Below, one piece after another: positions 11,401-24,996 of a stretch of 64,000 bases of DNA. A model generated the notes under the pieces. The model had not been told where the DNA came from, ran no database searches, and saw only the letters and a program-made list of their open reading frames with translations. Origin of the DNA: Hypanus sabinus (taxonomy: Eukaryota); NCBI RefSeq assembly GCF_030144855.1, contig NC_082715.1:100440001-100504000 (forward strand). Reading direction: 5' to 3'. How positions within the stretch are numbered: the stretch's first letter is position 1; each line of letters begins with the position of its first letter. The position numbers were made by a program, and so were the translations under genes.

Positions 11401-12213
11401 ACCCAGTCACTTTTATATTTATCTGATGTAACTTTGGTCTTGGCTTTAATGCATTAAACTCAGATTCTGCAAGAACATTTACTTGTGCTCCAGTATCAAG
11501 TTTAAACAGTATATTGTTTTGGTTCACTTGCAATGGCATAGTCCAGTCATTCTTACTGTTTGTTTTCAGAAAGCACATTGATATAAAACTCCTTACATTC
11601 ATTTTCAAGCACTGCATTTACTTGTTTTATTTTCTTTCTACTTCTGCAACAGTGTGAAAAGTGATTACTCTTACCACAGTCGTTGCACATTTTCCCACAC
11701 GCTAGACTCTGTTTTGGCCGATGCTGCTTTCTCTCAGATGATGTCTTGCTCTCTGTCGTCTTATTATTTTTTCTAATATGTTCGCGCTTCCTCACAGCAT
11801 CTACGTTGCAGCTCTCAATGAAAAGTTCTTTAGCCTGTGACATCACAGTTTCCGAAGCTTTGCAGAGCATCAAAGCTTTTTCCAAGTCTAAGTCTTGTTC
11901 TCTTAACAGTCTTTCTCTCAGACCATTATCCAGAATGCCACAAACAACTCTGTCTTTAACGAGAGAGTCTGTCAGTTCTCCAAACTTGCATGTTTTACTC
12001 CGGTGTCTCTAACATATTGATCAATGGTTTCACCAGCCCTCTGCTGACATATAAAAAATCTATGCTGCTCATACGTCACATTACGCTTCGGTATACAAAA
12101 TGCTTCAAATCTGTCCATCATCGATTTTAACTTTAAATTTCTCGATCTTTCTATCATCCCTGCACATGCTCAGAACTCTCTCCAATCACGTTCTTACGCG
12201 TCATATCACGGCA
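8401..12213 (-). mobile_element. Degenerate Ty3/gypsy LTR retrotransposon with internally deleted 5' end
   Basis: Gag knuckle CNDCGKSNHFSHCC, protease LDTGA, RT (LDAS..FWQ, FMDD), RNase H (DASQAGLGAVL) and integrase TDNGPQF (~9200) in PR-RT-RH-IN order. 3' LTR 8401-8575 (TG..CA) preceded by a PPT at 8576-8590. 5' LTR remnant 12158-12213. TSD atagt/gtagt. Confidence 0.9.
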
Positions 12214-12890
12214 GTAGTTAATGCTGGAGACACAGAAAAGATGGATACACAGGATACATCCTGTAAGATTGGCAGCACGCTTGATTTCAATGGTCTCCAC
12301 AGGGCCAACCAGACGTGTTACTGTCTTTTTTCAACGTCTTTTTTTACGATGACAAGATACTGCCAAACATTAAGAACTTAAAGTACTACAGGTCTACCCC
12401 ATTAGTGGGCTGCTCTTTGGCCGACGAGCTGGACTACAGAGAGCAGTCGAAGACAGTGTGCAATGTAACAACAAGTGATTGTCTCAGTCATTTCTCTTGT
12501 GATTTCAAGACGCTGTTTGAGTATTGGTAGTATGGAATGCTGCAAGTCCGGTTCACCGATTTATCTGCATGCCCTCAGTTGTAGCGAGGACAAAGCTTCA
12601 TGCCACAGTGCTGCCTGTTTGCAGTCATCCAGGAGAGAGGCATTAGGGTTGGTACTGGAGGCAGTGTGGCACGTTCCATGCTGGCATCAGTGCTGACTAC
12701 CAGCGTTCGCGCGGTGGGAGATAAGTTAGTCTGCAATCAACTGCAGACTGCTGCGAGTTTGCTCTTGCCGACACATTCATGGACTCAAGGACTTCAGCTA
12801 TATTATAATATTGTGTGTTTACTCATATCTTCTATGTTGCTTGTGCTGTTTGACTGTTAGTACTGGGCTCTGCACCTTGACCCCAGCGGT

Positions 12891-13015
12891 CATTTCGGGA
12901 CGAGACCCTTCGTCAGGATTTACAGAGGGTCTCGACCCGAAACATCAACTGTGACTTCTTCCTGTAGATGCTGCTTGGCCTGCTGTGTTCCACCAGCATC
13001 TTGTGTGTGCTGCTG
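12891..13015. mobile_element. Penelope-derived repeat with inverted pair of hammerhead-like motifs
   Basis: Minus strand 12893-12916 reads CTGACGA-agggtctcgtccc-GAAA; plus strand 12926-12946 has a partial agggtctcgacccGAAAcatc. Confidence 0.6.
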
Positions 13016-14460
13016 AATCCCTGTGTTTGTTGCCCCCTACTGATGGAAGTACCTTCCTGAGACATCAGTTTTTATAGATGTTCACAGTGGCGGGGAGAGT
13101 TAAGGCCACAAGACATTCTGGCCCACCATTCCATCATCCCTCTCAACCCCATTCTCCTGCCTTCCACCTGTAACCACTAATGCCCTGCTTAATCAAGAAT
13201 ATATCAACCTCACCTTAAATATACCCCATGACCTGGCCTGCACAGCTGTCGGTAATATTGAATTTCATAGATTCACCACCCTCTGGCTAAATAATAATTC
13301 CTCATCCCTCTTCTTAATGGGCCCAGACTGCTCACAATACTCCAAGTGCAGTCTGACTAATGCCTGATAAAGCCTCAGCATCGCAGCCTTGCATTTTCTC
13401 AGAGAATGGTAGCTGTGTGGAACGAGCTTCCGGTAGAAGTGGTGGAGGCAGGCTTGGTATTGTCATTTAAAGTAAAATTGGATAGGTATATGGACAGGAA
13501 AGGAATGGAGGGTTATGGGCTGAGTGGAGTTCGGTGGGACTAGATGAGAGTAAGCGTTTGGCACGGACTAGAAGGGCTGAGATGGCCTGTTTCCGTGCTG
13601 TAAGTGTTATATGATTATATTAGAATCAGATTTAATATCACCAGCATGTCTTTATGGTATATAACTTTATGGCATCAGCACAATGAAATACATGATCAAT
13701 AAATACAGATTTTTTAAAAACTGAGTTACATTAAGTCTGTCTATTAAATAGTTGTTAAAATAAGTATTGCAAAGTAACAGAAATTAAAGTGAGATAGTGT
13801 TCATGGGTTCGATGTCAATTTAGAAATCAATAGCAGAGGGGAAGAAGCTGTTCCTGAAACACTGAGTGTGTGCCTTCAGGCTTCTACCTCCTTTCTAAAG
13901 GTAACTGTAAAGAGGGCATGTCCTGGGTGGTGGGGATCCTTAATGATAGACACCACCTTCCTAGAGCACAGCTGCTTGAAGGTGTCTTGGATACCTCAGA
14001 GGCTGGTACCCATGATAGAGCTGAATAATTTAACATTTCTGCAGCGTATTTTGATCTTGTGCAGTCGCACCCCTGCCACCCCCCCCCCCCCAACATACCA
14101 GACAGTCAGGCAGTTTTATATTCTAGTCTACTCAAAATTCTACCTTTGTATTTGCCTTTCTTAACACAGACTCACCCTGTAAGCAAACTTCTAGGGAATG
14201 CTGCACAAGGACTCCCAAGTCCCTTTGCACCTATGATTTTTGAATTTTCTCCCTGTTTGGAAAATAGTCTGTGCCTGACTGTGTATTCTATCTGGCACTT
14301 CTCAACTCATTCTCATCATCTGTCTAAGTCCTCCTGCAGACTCCCAGCTTCCTCAATACTACCTATCTTTGCATCATCTGCAAACCTGGTCACAAAGCTA
14401 TCAATTCTGTTAGCCAAATCTTTGACATATAACGTAAAAAGAAGCAGTCCCTGCACCGAC

Positions 14461-14832
14461 TGTCCTATGGAGGGCGTGGCTTATTCTGTTTGTTGAAACT
14501 TGCTTCCATTGTGATTTGTTAGTTTAGAAACTGCTGCTGGTTAGCTGTCTGGTGTCCAGTTTCAAATATACTGGGTATATACAGAGCACCTGTGGGAGGT
14601 TCTTCCTCGCTCCCTTTGTATAAGGCAAGCAGTGCACATGTCCATTGAGAAGGTATGCTCTGCGTTCTTTTAACTAAGTATATTTGTTGAAAGTTCGGCT
14701 TTGTAGTTTCTGTACTTGGGGAACATGAATGGTTGAATTTTTACTGTTTATAAATAAATGATTAATATACTTATTTGCAGTCAGTGTTTTCTGTCCCACT
14801 TGCTAGACCCATGAACCTGATTCAACATTACA
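14461..14832 (+). mobile_element. Probable solo LTR (372 bp) inserted in a CR1 fragment
   Basis: TG...CA termini, 5-bp TSD ccgac/ccaac, internal TATAA (~14618) and AATAAA (~14753). CR1 RT sequence is continuous across the insertion. Confidence 0.55.
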
Positions 14833-15701
14833 CCAACCCCCACAGAACAACACTAGTCACCAGCAGCTAACCAGAAAAGGTTTCCTTTATTCTCATACTT
14901 CGTCTCCCTCCAGGCAGCCAATCTTCTATGCATGCTAGTACTTTTCCTATATTACCATGGCACTTAACTTGTTTAAAGTAAAAATTCAAAGTAAATTTTA
15001 TTACTGGAGTACATGTATGTCACCACATACATTCCTGAAATTCATCTTTCTGCCAGCATACTCTGCATATCTATAGAAAAGTAACTACAAGACAAATTTG
15101 AAAGATCAACCAGAACACAATTAACAGTGCAAATGCAAACATAAATAAATAGCGCTAAATAATCTGATCACGAAATAACAAGATAAAAAGTCCTTAAAAT
15201 GAGATCATTAGTTGTGGAAACATCTCAAAGGATGGGCAAGTGAGTGTAGTTATCCGTTTTTGTTCAAGAGCCTGATGGTTGTGGGGTAGTAACTCTTCCT
15301 GAACCTGGTAGTGTGAGTCCTGAGACTCTTGTACTTTCTACCTGAAGGCAGTAGCAAGAAAGGAGAATAGTCTGGGTGGTGAGGATCTCTGATGGTGGAT
15401 GCTGCTTTCCTACAACAGTGTTTCATGTAGATATACCCAGTGGTTGAGAGGGTTTACCTGTGATGCACTGGGCCAAAATCCACTACCTTTTGTAGATTTT
15501 CTGTTCAAAGGCATTGGTGGTTCCGTACCAGTCCATAACGCAGCCAGTCAATACACTCTCCATTACATATCTATATGTCAAAGTTTTAGATGTATTTCAT
15601 CAAATAATTCCAACAGGTTTGTCAGACAAAATTTCCCCTTAAAGAAATTATGCTAACTTTAGCCTATTTTATCACTGCCTCCTGTACACTGAAACCTCAT
15701 C

Positions 15702-16480
15702 AGTTCGGATTCTGCTGCTGCCTTAGAGACTATAAAAGGGAATAAACCAAAAGCTCGTTCTGACATAGTTTTTGAAATTCTCTCAGCTTTGTTTAAAGTG
15801 GGGAAGATACGTTGTGAAGTCAGATTTACATGGATACCTGGGCATGCTGGGATGGAGGGAAATGAAATTATGGATGGCATTGCAAAGTTTTCCTTACAGA
15901 GCAGGCAAGTAGGAATTAGAATACCCTTAGGCAAAGCAGAATTGAGAAGTAAGATTAAAAAAAAAGGTATAGAAAAGCAATGGCAGGAGGATTGGAAAAA
16001 TGAATTAAAGTGAAGGCATTTCTTTTCTAGTCACCCACTAGTTAAAAAGGTCTCAGACTGTTACTCTTTAAATCGTAGTGATATTGTGAAATTAACAAGA
16101 TTAGGTTGGGACATTGCAGGCTAAGCTATTACTTAAAGATAATAGGAAGACATCCTACTGGATTATGTGACTGGTAGTCCAGCGACAGTTTAGCATGTTT
16201 TGCTGAGTTGTAATCGATATTAAATTGAGAGAAGCACATTGTTCAAGAGGCTATCTGACTTAAATGTATTTTGTTTTTCTGTTAAAACTTTGTTTGGACA
16301 CCAAGAGAACCACCATCTGATTGAAACGTTTATTATTCTGTTTCTACGTGCGGCTAGTGTATACTCAAGAATTTGAGTTTCTTGAAACTCTGTAATTAAT
16401 TATACATCCTGCAGAGGGCAGTAATACGCCTTGATGCGTCTAAACCACCGGAAATAGAAGAAGAAGAAGAAGAAGAAGAA
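15702..16480 (+). mobile_element. Second, divergent Nimb/I-group LINE 3' fragment
   Basis: SDSAAAL..FTWIPGHAGMEGNE RNase H C-terminal half, RL.LGH motif, (GAA)n tail; degenerate TSD gaaacctcatc (15691-15701) / gaaaccccaac (16481-16491); inserted in a minus-strand CR1. Confidence 0.8.
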
Positions 16481-17539
16481 GAAACCCCAACCCTAATAAT
16501 GGACTCCAACATCTTCCCAACCACTCAATTCCAGCTAACTGGCCTATAACTCTTTTTTTCTGCCCCCCCTTCTTAAAGAGTGGAATGACATTTGCAATTT
16601 TCCAGTCTTCCAGAATCTAGTGATTCTTTAAAGATAACTACTGAAGCCTCCACAGTCTCTTCAGCCAGCTTTTGCAGAACCCTGGAGTGTAGTCCATCTG
16701 GTCCAGGTGACCTATCCACCTTCAGATCTTTAAGCTTCCCAAGCATCTTCTCCTTAGCAATAGCAACTACACTCACTTTTTCCCCCACACTGGAACGAGC
16801 CATACTGTTCATGAGTTCCACAATAAAGTCTGATGGAAAGTACTTACTGAATTTGTTCCCATTTCTTTATCCAGTCTCCAATAGCAAGGTATCTGACTGC
16901 CAGGCACTACAAAGGATTGTGAGGACTGCCGAGGTCTCTCTTCCACCCATCCAAGAGATTTACCAGGAGTGCTGTGTACACAGGGCACTTAACATTGTCA
17001 AATATCCTTCCCATCTGTCCATTAGGCAAGTGGTACCATAGTATTAGGGCAAGGTCTGTTAGGATGGGGAAAAGCTTCTTCTCCCGTGCTGTAAAACCTC
17101 TGAACTCTCTGCCACCACCCAGGTCTCACCACATATGAATCACCAGTAGCAATATAATGCTTACTGTTTAACTTGTGACATACTGAATGCAATTAATTAT
17201 TTGTAGTAATACTACTTTATGTGGTGACTGTGAATTATATCTACTGTGTTGTGCACCTTGGAACAGAGGAATGTTGTTTTGTTGGCGATATATATGTATA
17301 CGACTGAAATGACAATAAATGAACTTGAACTTGAATATTTTCCAGTGGTCCAATATCAGCTCTCTGAAAAAAACTTACAGTATTCTCTTTTATATTATTG
17401 GCTGGACTCAAATTGCATTTTGTAAGACGGTGATGATAATGAACATGCAATTACAGAGAGAGTTTGCAACAAACCCAAGTAAAAACCTCACTACACATGG
17501 ACAATGTCACCATCTTCTGCTTGGCTCCCTGGTCAGTTC

Positions 17540-18910
17540 ACAGACTGATCAGCAGCTGCGACAGGTTTGAGTTGGCATCAGGGACCAGAGTTAACCGCGC
17601 AAAGTGCAAAGCCATCTTCTTCGGCAACTGGCCCAATGGTTAACTTGTGTGAAGGTGCTGGGGATCTGATTCAGAGGGGCTAAGGCATGCAACAAGATTT
17701 AGCAGGAGCGGACTGAGAAGGTGAAACAGAAATTCAGACTGTGGGTAGTGTGCTCTTTCACAATAGCTGGGAAGAAACTGGTCATCAGGTGTGATGCATG
17801 CTCAGGGTTACTGTAATTGACGCAGGTGTGGCCCAACTCCCAGTCCTCCAGCTTTGGAATCACCAGAACTGTCTTCAGGTTAATCTGGGGATCCAAGATG
17901 GAATGGGTCAGATGAGTCACAATGCACAAGTCCCTAGACAACAGGGGCAAAACCAAACCTAATGTCACCCTTCCCCCAATTACCACCTCCATGTGCAGCT
18001 GCAGTGGAACCTAACTATGTGGGCACCAGGTACCAATACATGCCGAGATTCTATCAGTCCCCAGTGTTGGGAATGATGTCCCAGTCAGCTGGACGTTGCT
18101 GCACTACCTGTCCTTCATGGAAAAGTTCTTCTGTACCAACGACTTTGACCACAAGGCCATCAGGCAGTGGTCAGCATGGAATGTCCTGCAGACACTGCAG
18201 GAGAAGGACTCGATGGACACAGTGGGTTGGTTTCTTGAGCCGACTGTCCAGACTATCTGGCTGAATGCCATATTGCCAGGCCTCACAACAGACCTTGCCT
18301 GGCTGGCGGTGAGAGGGTCCTTCCCAGTCACGTCTTTCCTGTATGCCTGGAGCATCACATCCACAGTGCAATGCCTGAGGGATGACTGTAGTGGGGAAGA
18401 GACAGTAGTTCACCTCTTTGTGGACTGTGGGTTTGCGAAAAAGGTGTGGAGAAAGATGAAAGGGGCCTCCTGAGCAGCTCCAACTCTCTGATCTACAGCT
18501 GTTCCCAGGGGGACATACAAAGCCACCAAGTGCTGCAGGCAGAGCATCATCTCAGTGAAAGATCCACTCTGGTCTGCCCAAAACCAGCTGGTCGAGATGT
18601 CCGTGGAGGAACGCAGCCAACTGGCACAACTCGGCTACAGGAGTACGTACTGAGGGACGCACTGAAGCTTGGTGCAGCCACTGCTCAGTGGGGTTGGACC
18701 ACAGTGTAGGTTTCTTCTGGAGAGGGAGGGGCCAGGTTGGAGCAAAGAACCCCCACAATGAATTATTGTAGCAGTATACCACCCCAGAGTGTGGTATGAG
18801 AGGCAGATGTGTATGAATGTGAAGGAACAGTGGGGGAGGCATTGAATAAGGGCATTGAATAGCTTATTCTTGTAAATAATGTTTTATTATAAATAAAATT
18901 TATTTTGTAA
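17540..18910 (+). mobile_element. Tx1-like (L1 group) LINE 3' fragment
   Basis: FFGNW..KVLGI motif, DLAWLAVRG, zf-RVT-like CLRDDCSGEETVVHLFVDC, AATAAA and A/T-rich 3' end. Confidence 0.7.
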
Positions 18911-19084
18911 GTCTTTTGTGTATGTGTGTCAGATAGTTGGAACTGCTACTGTACAACTATGGAACTGTGCAGCTGTTCGGGACACCGAAGTGCATCAGTT
19001 TCCCCAGGTTGGTCCAGTTCTCCCCATATATCAAAGATTCAATAGGTTTCAATAGGTACATTTGATGTCAGAGAAATGTATACA

Positions 19085-19657
19085 GTGAGGTAATGTTACA
19101 GCTATAGGACCCTGGTCAGACCCCACTTGGAGTACTGTGCTCAGTTCTGGTCACCTCACTACAGGAAGGATGTGGAAACCACAGAAAGGGTGCAGAGGAG
19201 ATTTACAAGGATGTTGCCTGGATTGGGGAGCATGCCTTATGAAAATAGGTTGAGTGAACTCAGCCTTTTCTCCTTTGAGCGACGGTAGATGAGAGGCGAC
19301 CTGATAGAGGTGGATAAGATGATGAGAGGCATTGATCATGTGGATAGTCCGAGGCTTTTTCCCAGGGCTGAAATGGCTAACACAAGAGGGCACAGTTTTA
19401 AGGTGCTTGAAAGTAGGTACAGAGGAGATGTCAGGTAAGTTTTTATGCAGAGAGTGGTGAGTGCGTGGAATGGGCTGCCGACGACTGTGGTAGAGGTGGA
19501 TTCAATAGGGTCTTTTAAGAGACTCCTGGATAGGTGCATGGAGTTTAGTAAAATAGAGAGCTATGGGTAACCCGAGGTAATTTTTAAAATAAGTACATGT
19601 TCGGCACAGCATTGTGGGCTGAAGGGCCTGTCTTGTGCTGTAGGTTTTCTATGTTCC
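19085..19657 (+). mobile_element. CR1 LINE 3' fragment
   Basis: RPHLEYCAQFWSP...RVQRRFTRMLPGL coding remnant and ttctatgttc tail. Confidence 0.85.
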
Positions 19658-22600
19658 TATATACATCCTGAAATTCTTCTTTCTTCGCAAACAGAGGAGT
19701 GCCCCAAAGAATGAATGACAGTTAAATGTTAGAACCCCAAAGCCACCCCCAACTCCCCTTCCCCACGCACAAACAGCAGCAAAGCAATGACCCCCCTCCT
19801 CCACCAGCAAAAAAAGCATCACCGTCCTCCATCGAGCACTCAAGTGTGCAGCAAAGCGTCAATAAAGACACAGACTTGCAGTACCCCAGAGACTACTCGT
19901 TCACCTGGTAGTTCAACATACCACAGGCTCTCTCTCTCTCTCTCTCTCCCTAACAAGGGAAAAATAGGTGTCCCTGTTTCACAGTGAGAGGGGAGACATA
20001 ACAAACAACTTGCTGATTTATGATGCTAAAAGTCTGTTGCGTCACTTTTTCCACTCCCAGAGAGTTGGCCCCAAGGCTCAGGTCTCTGGACACATACCCC
20101 ACGGCAGCTAACCCGATGTTTTGTGTTTGCCCCTCGATTAATTAGCTACTATGAATTATCCTCATTGTGGGTGAAAATCAGGAGAATCTCAGGGAGTTAA
20201 TGGGAATTTCACTGTGCCTTGGTACATGTGACAATAATAAAACTATTTACCAATATAAGAGAAAATAGGCTACAGGGAAATAAATTTGGGAATGGAACTA
20301 GTGGGAATACTTTTAGTGTTGGCATCAAAATTGCAACATTAGTAACAGATTGTTTAAAGGAGCTTAACTGCCCCTCAGTACCCCATTATTTCATTCTGTT
20401 ACAGAAACTCCCTTTGCTCCACTGCCTTCTCTGCTGCCTCGGCTATCTTGTTTCCTTTCTTTCTCAGTTCTGATGAATGGTTTTTGATCTGATAGTTTCC
20501 ACAAACAAAAAGTTGCTGCATTTTCTGTTTTTAATTAAATGCTCTGTTGGTTTTTATTGGGCAGGATTTTGTATACAGGAAAAGAGATGTTTTTCTACAA
20601 CATTAGCACCCTGTTGAGACCAACAGGAGATTATTGTGCCTTTGACCTAAAATGCTATTTCTGTTTCTATTCCCAAGAATGCAGTCTGAGACAATGAGCA
20701 TTTCCTGCTTTTATTTAAGATTTCCACTATGTTCTCTTATTTTTTTACATTTTCACTTGGTTATTGTGTATCATTTGGTCCCCTTTAGTAATAAAGGATG
20801 TACTTGAGGTTGAGAAAGTCAGCAAGTTTTCGTTTGCAATGGTATTCGGTTCCCTGCTCACAAAGCCCGAAACTCAACAAAAAGATTTTAAGCCCTATCT
20901 GATATAGATATCTACAGGAACCCTCACTATAGGGAGATCATACTGTACCTACCTACTCTTCAAAAACTAGCTTTCTTCCCTGTATAGCCTCTGTGGTGAG
21001 GTTTAGCTGCCAAAACCCACTGCTTGAGTGGTGAGTCCCCCTCCCCACAAAGAAGGTGATGCTTCCAGCTAGCAAAGTAGTTTAAAGACTTACTTTATTT
21101 TTAATGATACACATTTAAATTTAGACAATTAATTCTTAAAACACATCTAACTCTCAGAGTATTTCTAATTTACAAAAGATTTGCAAACTACTTTGGATTT
21201 CCAGCAGAGGTACAATTCCTACAAACTAGAACATACCAATGAGTTGTAGACAAACAAACCATCCATAGCAGAAACTGAAGATTGAGGAATGAATTCTAAT
21301 TCTTCTTTCTGTAATCCTATCTTTCCACTGTTCTCCACGTCATTCCTAACAACAATTGTGTGTATATTCTATTTAATGACATCATCTGCATGCTGGGACA
21401 AAGTAAATTACACAGACGGTTTTAAAAGTTTCTTTTGGCAGAGATCTCAAACATCTACAGTTAATGCTGTGAAGACTGACCCCTGAGTCCACAAACATTC
21501 TAACTTGTAACCATGTTGATGTGCTAAGTGCCATAACCCCATTGTATTGTGCTTGGCTAATGGAGACACGTCTCCTGGTCACTTTACTTTAAAATCTGGC
21601 CTCCAACTTCAAAATAATTGCTGTTTGCAATTTACGTTAAGAACAGAGGTCTGGTTCTTACTACAAAAATTTGAGCAAAAAATATTTGTTAAAAGTTTAA
21701 CTTGATCACCAACAACTCTGACCCTTTGGAAAAGCCATTCCACCATCCTAGAAAGTGAATAGCCATCACACATTGAACTGGTTGATTACCTCCATAAGAA
21801 CTAGAGTTTGTTTTGCATTTCTAATGTCCGAATTTTAGAGAATTTTTTTTTTGTGAATTTATTTTACTGAAGACAAATTAACTCTTGAAAACAGCTATTC
21901 AACAATTTTATCCTATAGCAAATAGACACGGATATTCAAAAGATCACAACTCTAAGAAATATGCTTTGCAAGTATCTTCTAAGTAATTGAATATCTTTCC
22001 TTACAGATTCAAGCTGCTTCAGGAGCCAAACAAATCCCTTAAAAATAGAATCAGACCTTTTTTTTGTCGTGCAGTTTTCAATACAATTTCTCTGATTTAA
22101 AATTGGTAGATTTTCATCATTTTTATTTATACACAGTATGTTCCTTCAAGGGATGTGCACTTCCCAATGAGCCAGCCTTTAATTGCCCATTCCTAAATGC
22201 CCGTGAGAGGTGGTGCTGAGCTGCCTTCTTGAACCACTGCAGTCCTTGAGGTGAGAATAGATCCACAATACTCTTAGGAAGAGAGTTCCAGAATTTTGAC
22301 CCAGTGACAAGAAAGGAACGGTGATTTTTTTCCAAGATAGAATACAATTTGCCTTAGAGGGAAATTTCAACTTGGTCATGTTCCCACGCTTTTCCTGCCC
22401 TTATCCTAGTAGAGGTTGTGTGTGTGGAAAGAGTCATGTGAGTTGCAGCAGAAATGGTATATATGGTACATATAGCAATTATGATTTCTGTATTTTTAAT
22501 ACCTCTTTACTTTTAAATAGTTAGTCATTCTGTAGTGTTTTTTTTAATCCAGATTTGTAAGCTTCCATTCAAACTGCTGCAGTAATTGGTGTTTTCTAAA

Positions 22601-24083
22601 CTGCTCGTGTTCATTTACAAAATCAAAACTGGACAAAATGTCTAATTTTTGTCAGAACAATAGAAAATACTAACATGTTTCAAAATGCACATATCAAGTT
22701 GTGTAATTTCTCGAACTAATCCTGGAATCATTAAATAAAATTGTAATATTTCAAACAGGTTATTTTCATCCTTAAATACAATTGTGCATGTTACAAGTTT
22801 CATCATATCTTATCAATACAACAACTCTTTTTAAAATTAGCAAGTACATAGTTGAAAGGTGGATCAAAGCCCATATTTTTAATTTCTTCAAGGCAATATC
22901 TGTCAGATTGTGTATTACAAAACATAAGTGTGTGTGTATACATACACACATATATCTCTCTATATGTCTATAATTATAATCACAAAGCACAATTGAATAA
23001 AATAGTAAAACTAAATTGCTGTTGAAAACCTAAGAAATTGTCATTTTAGGTAGAACAGTAAACTAATTTATTGAAGTGAGTCTCGCAGTTACAACTATAA
23101 ATTAATGTTCACTGATATCTCAGTTACAGTAATTTGACATCTGTACTATCTTAGCAGTTGTGATGAAATCTCATCATGGTAGATTGTGAATAATTCAAGC
23201 CTGGTCATTTGTTGACTTTTACCACAGATGAGGAACCATGAAATACTCCAGACTGAAGTAAAATCTCAAGGAGATGACTAATGTTGTATGGCTTATTTTG
23301 TGACCAACCTTACATTATATAGGTGATTCTTAATGCCCTCTGAAGGAAGTGTAAATTGCAGCTTTGAAATCATGAAAGTGGAAAATAACTACAAGAAGTG
23401 TTGTGGTGAAAGAAGAGGCAACGTAATAGAATTACTCCACTGAACATAATTTGAAACAGATGAAAGTCCATTGGCTTAAGAGTAGTGTTCAAACACATTC
23501 CATGATTTACATGAACTATCACTTGGTAAAATAAACATTTTAATAACCTATCTAGTTACTTCTCCAATTTTTAAAATATTTTTGTTAGTGGAGAGGAGAT
23601 ACATCTCTACCAAAAGAGGTTTAGCCTACAGGACACCTTAGGTCAGGGTGTAGCACCTGCTTAGCCCCCCCAATCAGGGTAACATGAAGCCATGGGAACA
23701 GGTGTTGGATCATTGTATAAGCAGCTGGTACATATCACAAATCTTGGTTATGCGACCACTGATGCCAAGCAGACAATCTCTGAAGGGTATTGATAATGGC
23801 TGGGGTCACCCGTCTTTTAAAGACTCTCCCAGGAGAAGGCAATGGCAAATCACTTATATAGAAAAGTTTGCCAAGAATAATCATAGTTACCTCTGTCACA
23901 TGACAAGGCTCATGATGATGACGAATATTTCACAAAATTTTCCACTGGACATAAAAGATCAATGGAACCAATTTACCAACATGTTCAGGAATCAGTGTAT
24001 TTTATCTTCAGATTAAGTATGTGGAAGAAATTTCTGTGATTTGCAGAAAATATGTTTATTGTTGTCAACTAGAGAAAATCTCC

Positions 24084-24996
24084 TGTTACATACCCCGTAA
24101 CTGGGTGTCTGACCAGCAGAGAAAGAATCCGTTGGAGTCTGGTGGTACCAAACTAAAAGTAAACTGCACGATACAATATCAAAAATGCAAACATGCATAT
24201 AAAACAAGTTAATAGCAAGAAATCTAAAAGTGTAGGATAATAATAATCAATAATAAACTCTATCGATGTCTAGGGGTAAATGAATTGTCATAGGAAAGTA
24301 TAGAGTTCAGTTCATAAATGCTGAAGTAGTTATGGTTGTTGTGTTGAAATAGTTGGAGAGAGAGAGTGCACGCAAGCGAGATGTAACAGCAACAGTTGCG
24401 GCAGGCAAACCTTTTTGTGGCTTTCTTATTCTGTCGTATCATTGTGGTGATTCAGTTATGACCCCTCTGGTCTTCAGCTAGACCGTTCTTCCATGGTAGA
24501 CTCGTCACTCTGGCATGAGTGGACACACACACACACAAGTCCCCACCGGTCCTGCAGTAACATTGAGTTTTACTGACCGATCTCCTGATTCGGTCTCCGA
24601 AACTCCCACCTTTCCTGTGGGTTCCCAACACTCAGTGACCACTGGTGTGTCTGAAGGGTGTCTCTCCAGACCTGTCTTTTATCCCTACTCACGGGGTCTC
24701 CATCAACTCTGAATGACCATGTCCATCAAATCAGGCCACTCCTGCTATCTCCTGAGGAATATTAACGAGCAAAGTAAAGTCCTTGTAGTGGAAGGTAAAT
24801 AATCCAGAGTCATAATACAGTAAATCAATAGTCTCTCTCCCCCTCTTATCTGTAGCAAATATTCTTGTCTGGGCTTTATCTCTCTCTCTCTCATGAGCAG
24901 CATAACAACAGCAATAGTTCATAGTTCTCAGGAGGGGGTTGGGAATGGTTAACTCCACACCCCATTGACCATCAGGTCTGTTCATCACTCATAACA
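24084..24996. mobile_element. Probable solo LTR (913 bp)
   Basis: TGTTA...TAACA inverted termini; 4-bp flanks ctcc/ctac; no coding motifs. Confidence 0.6.
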
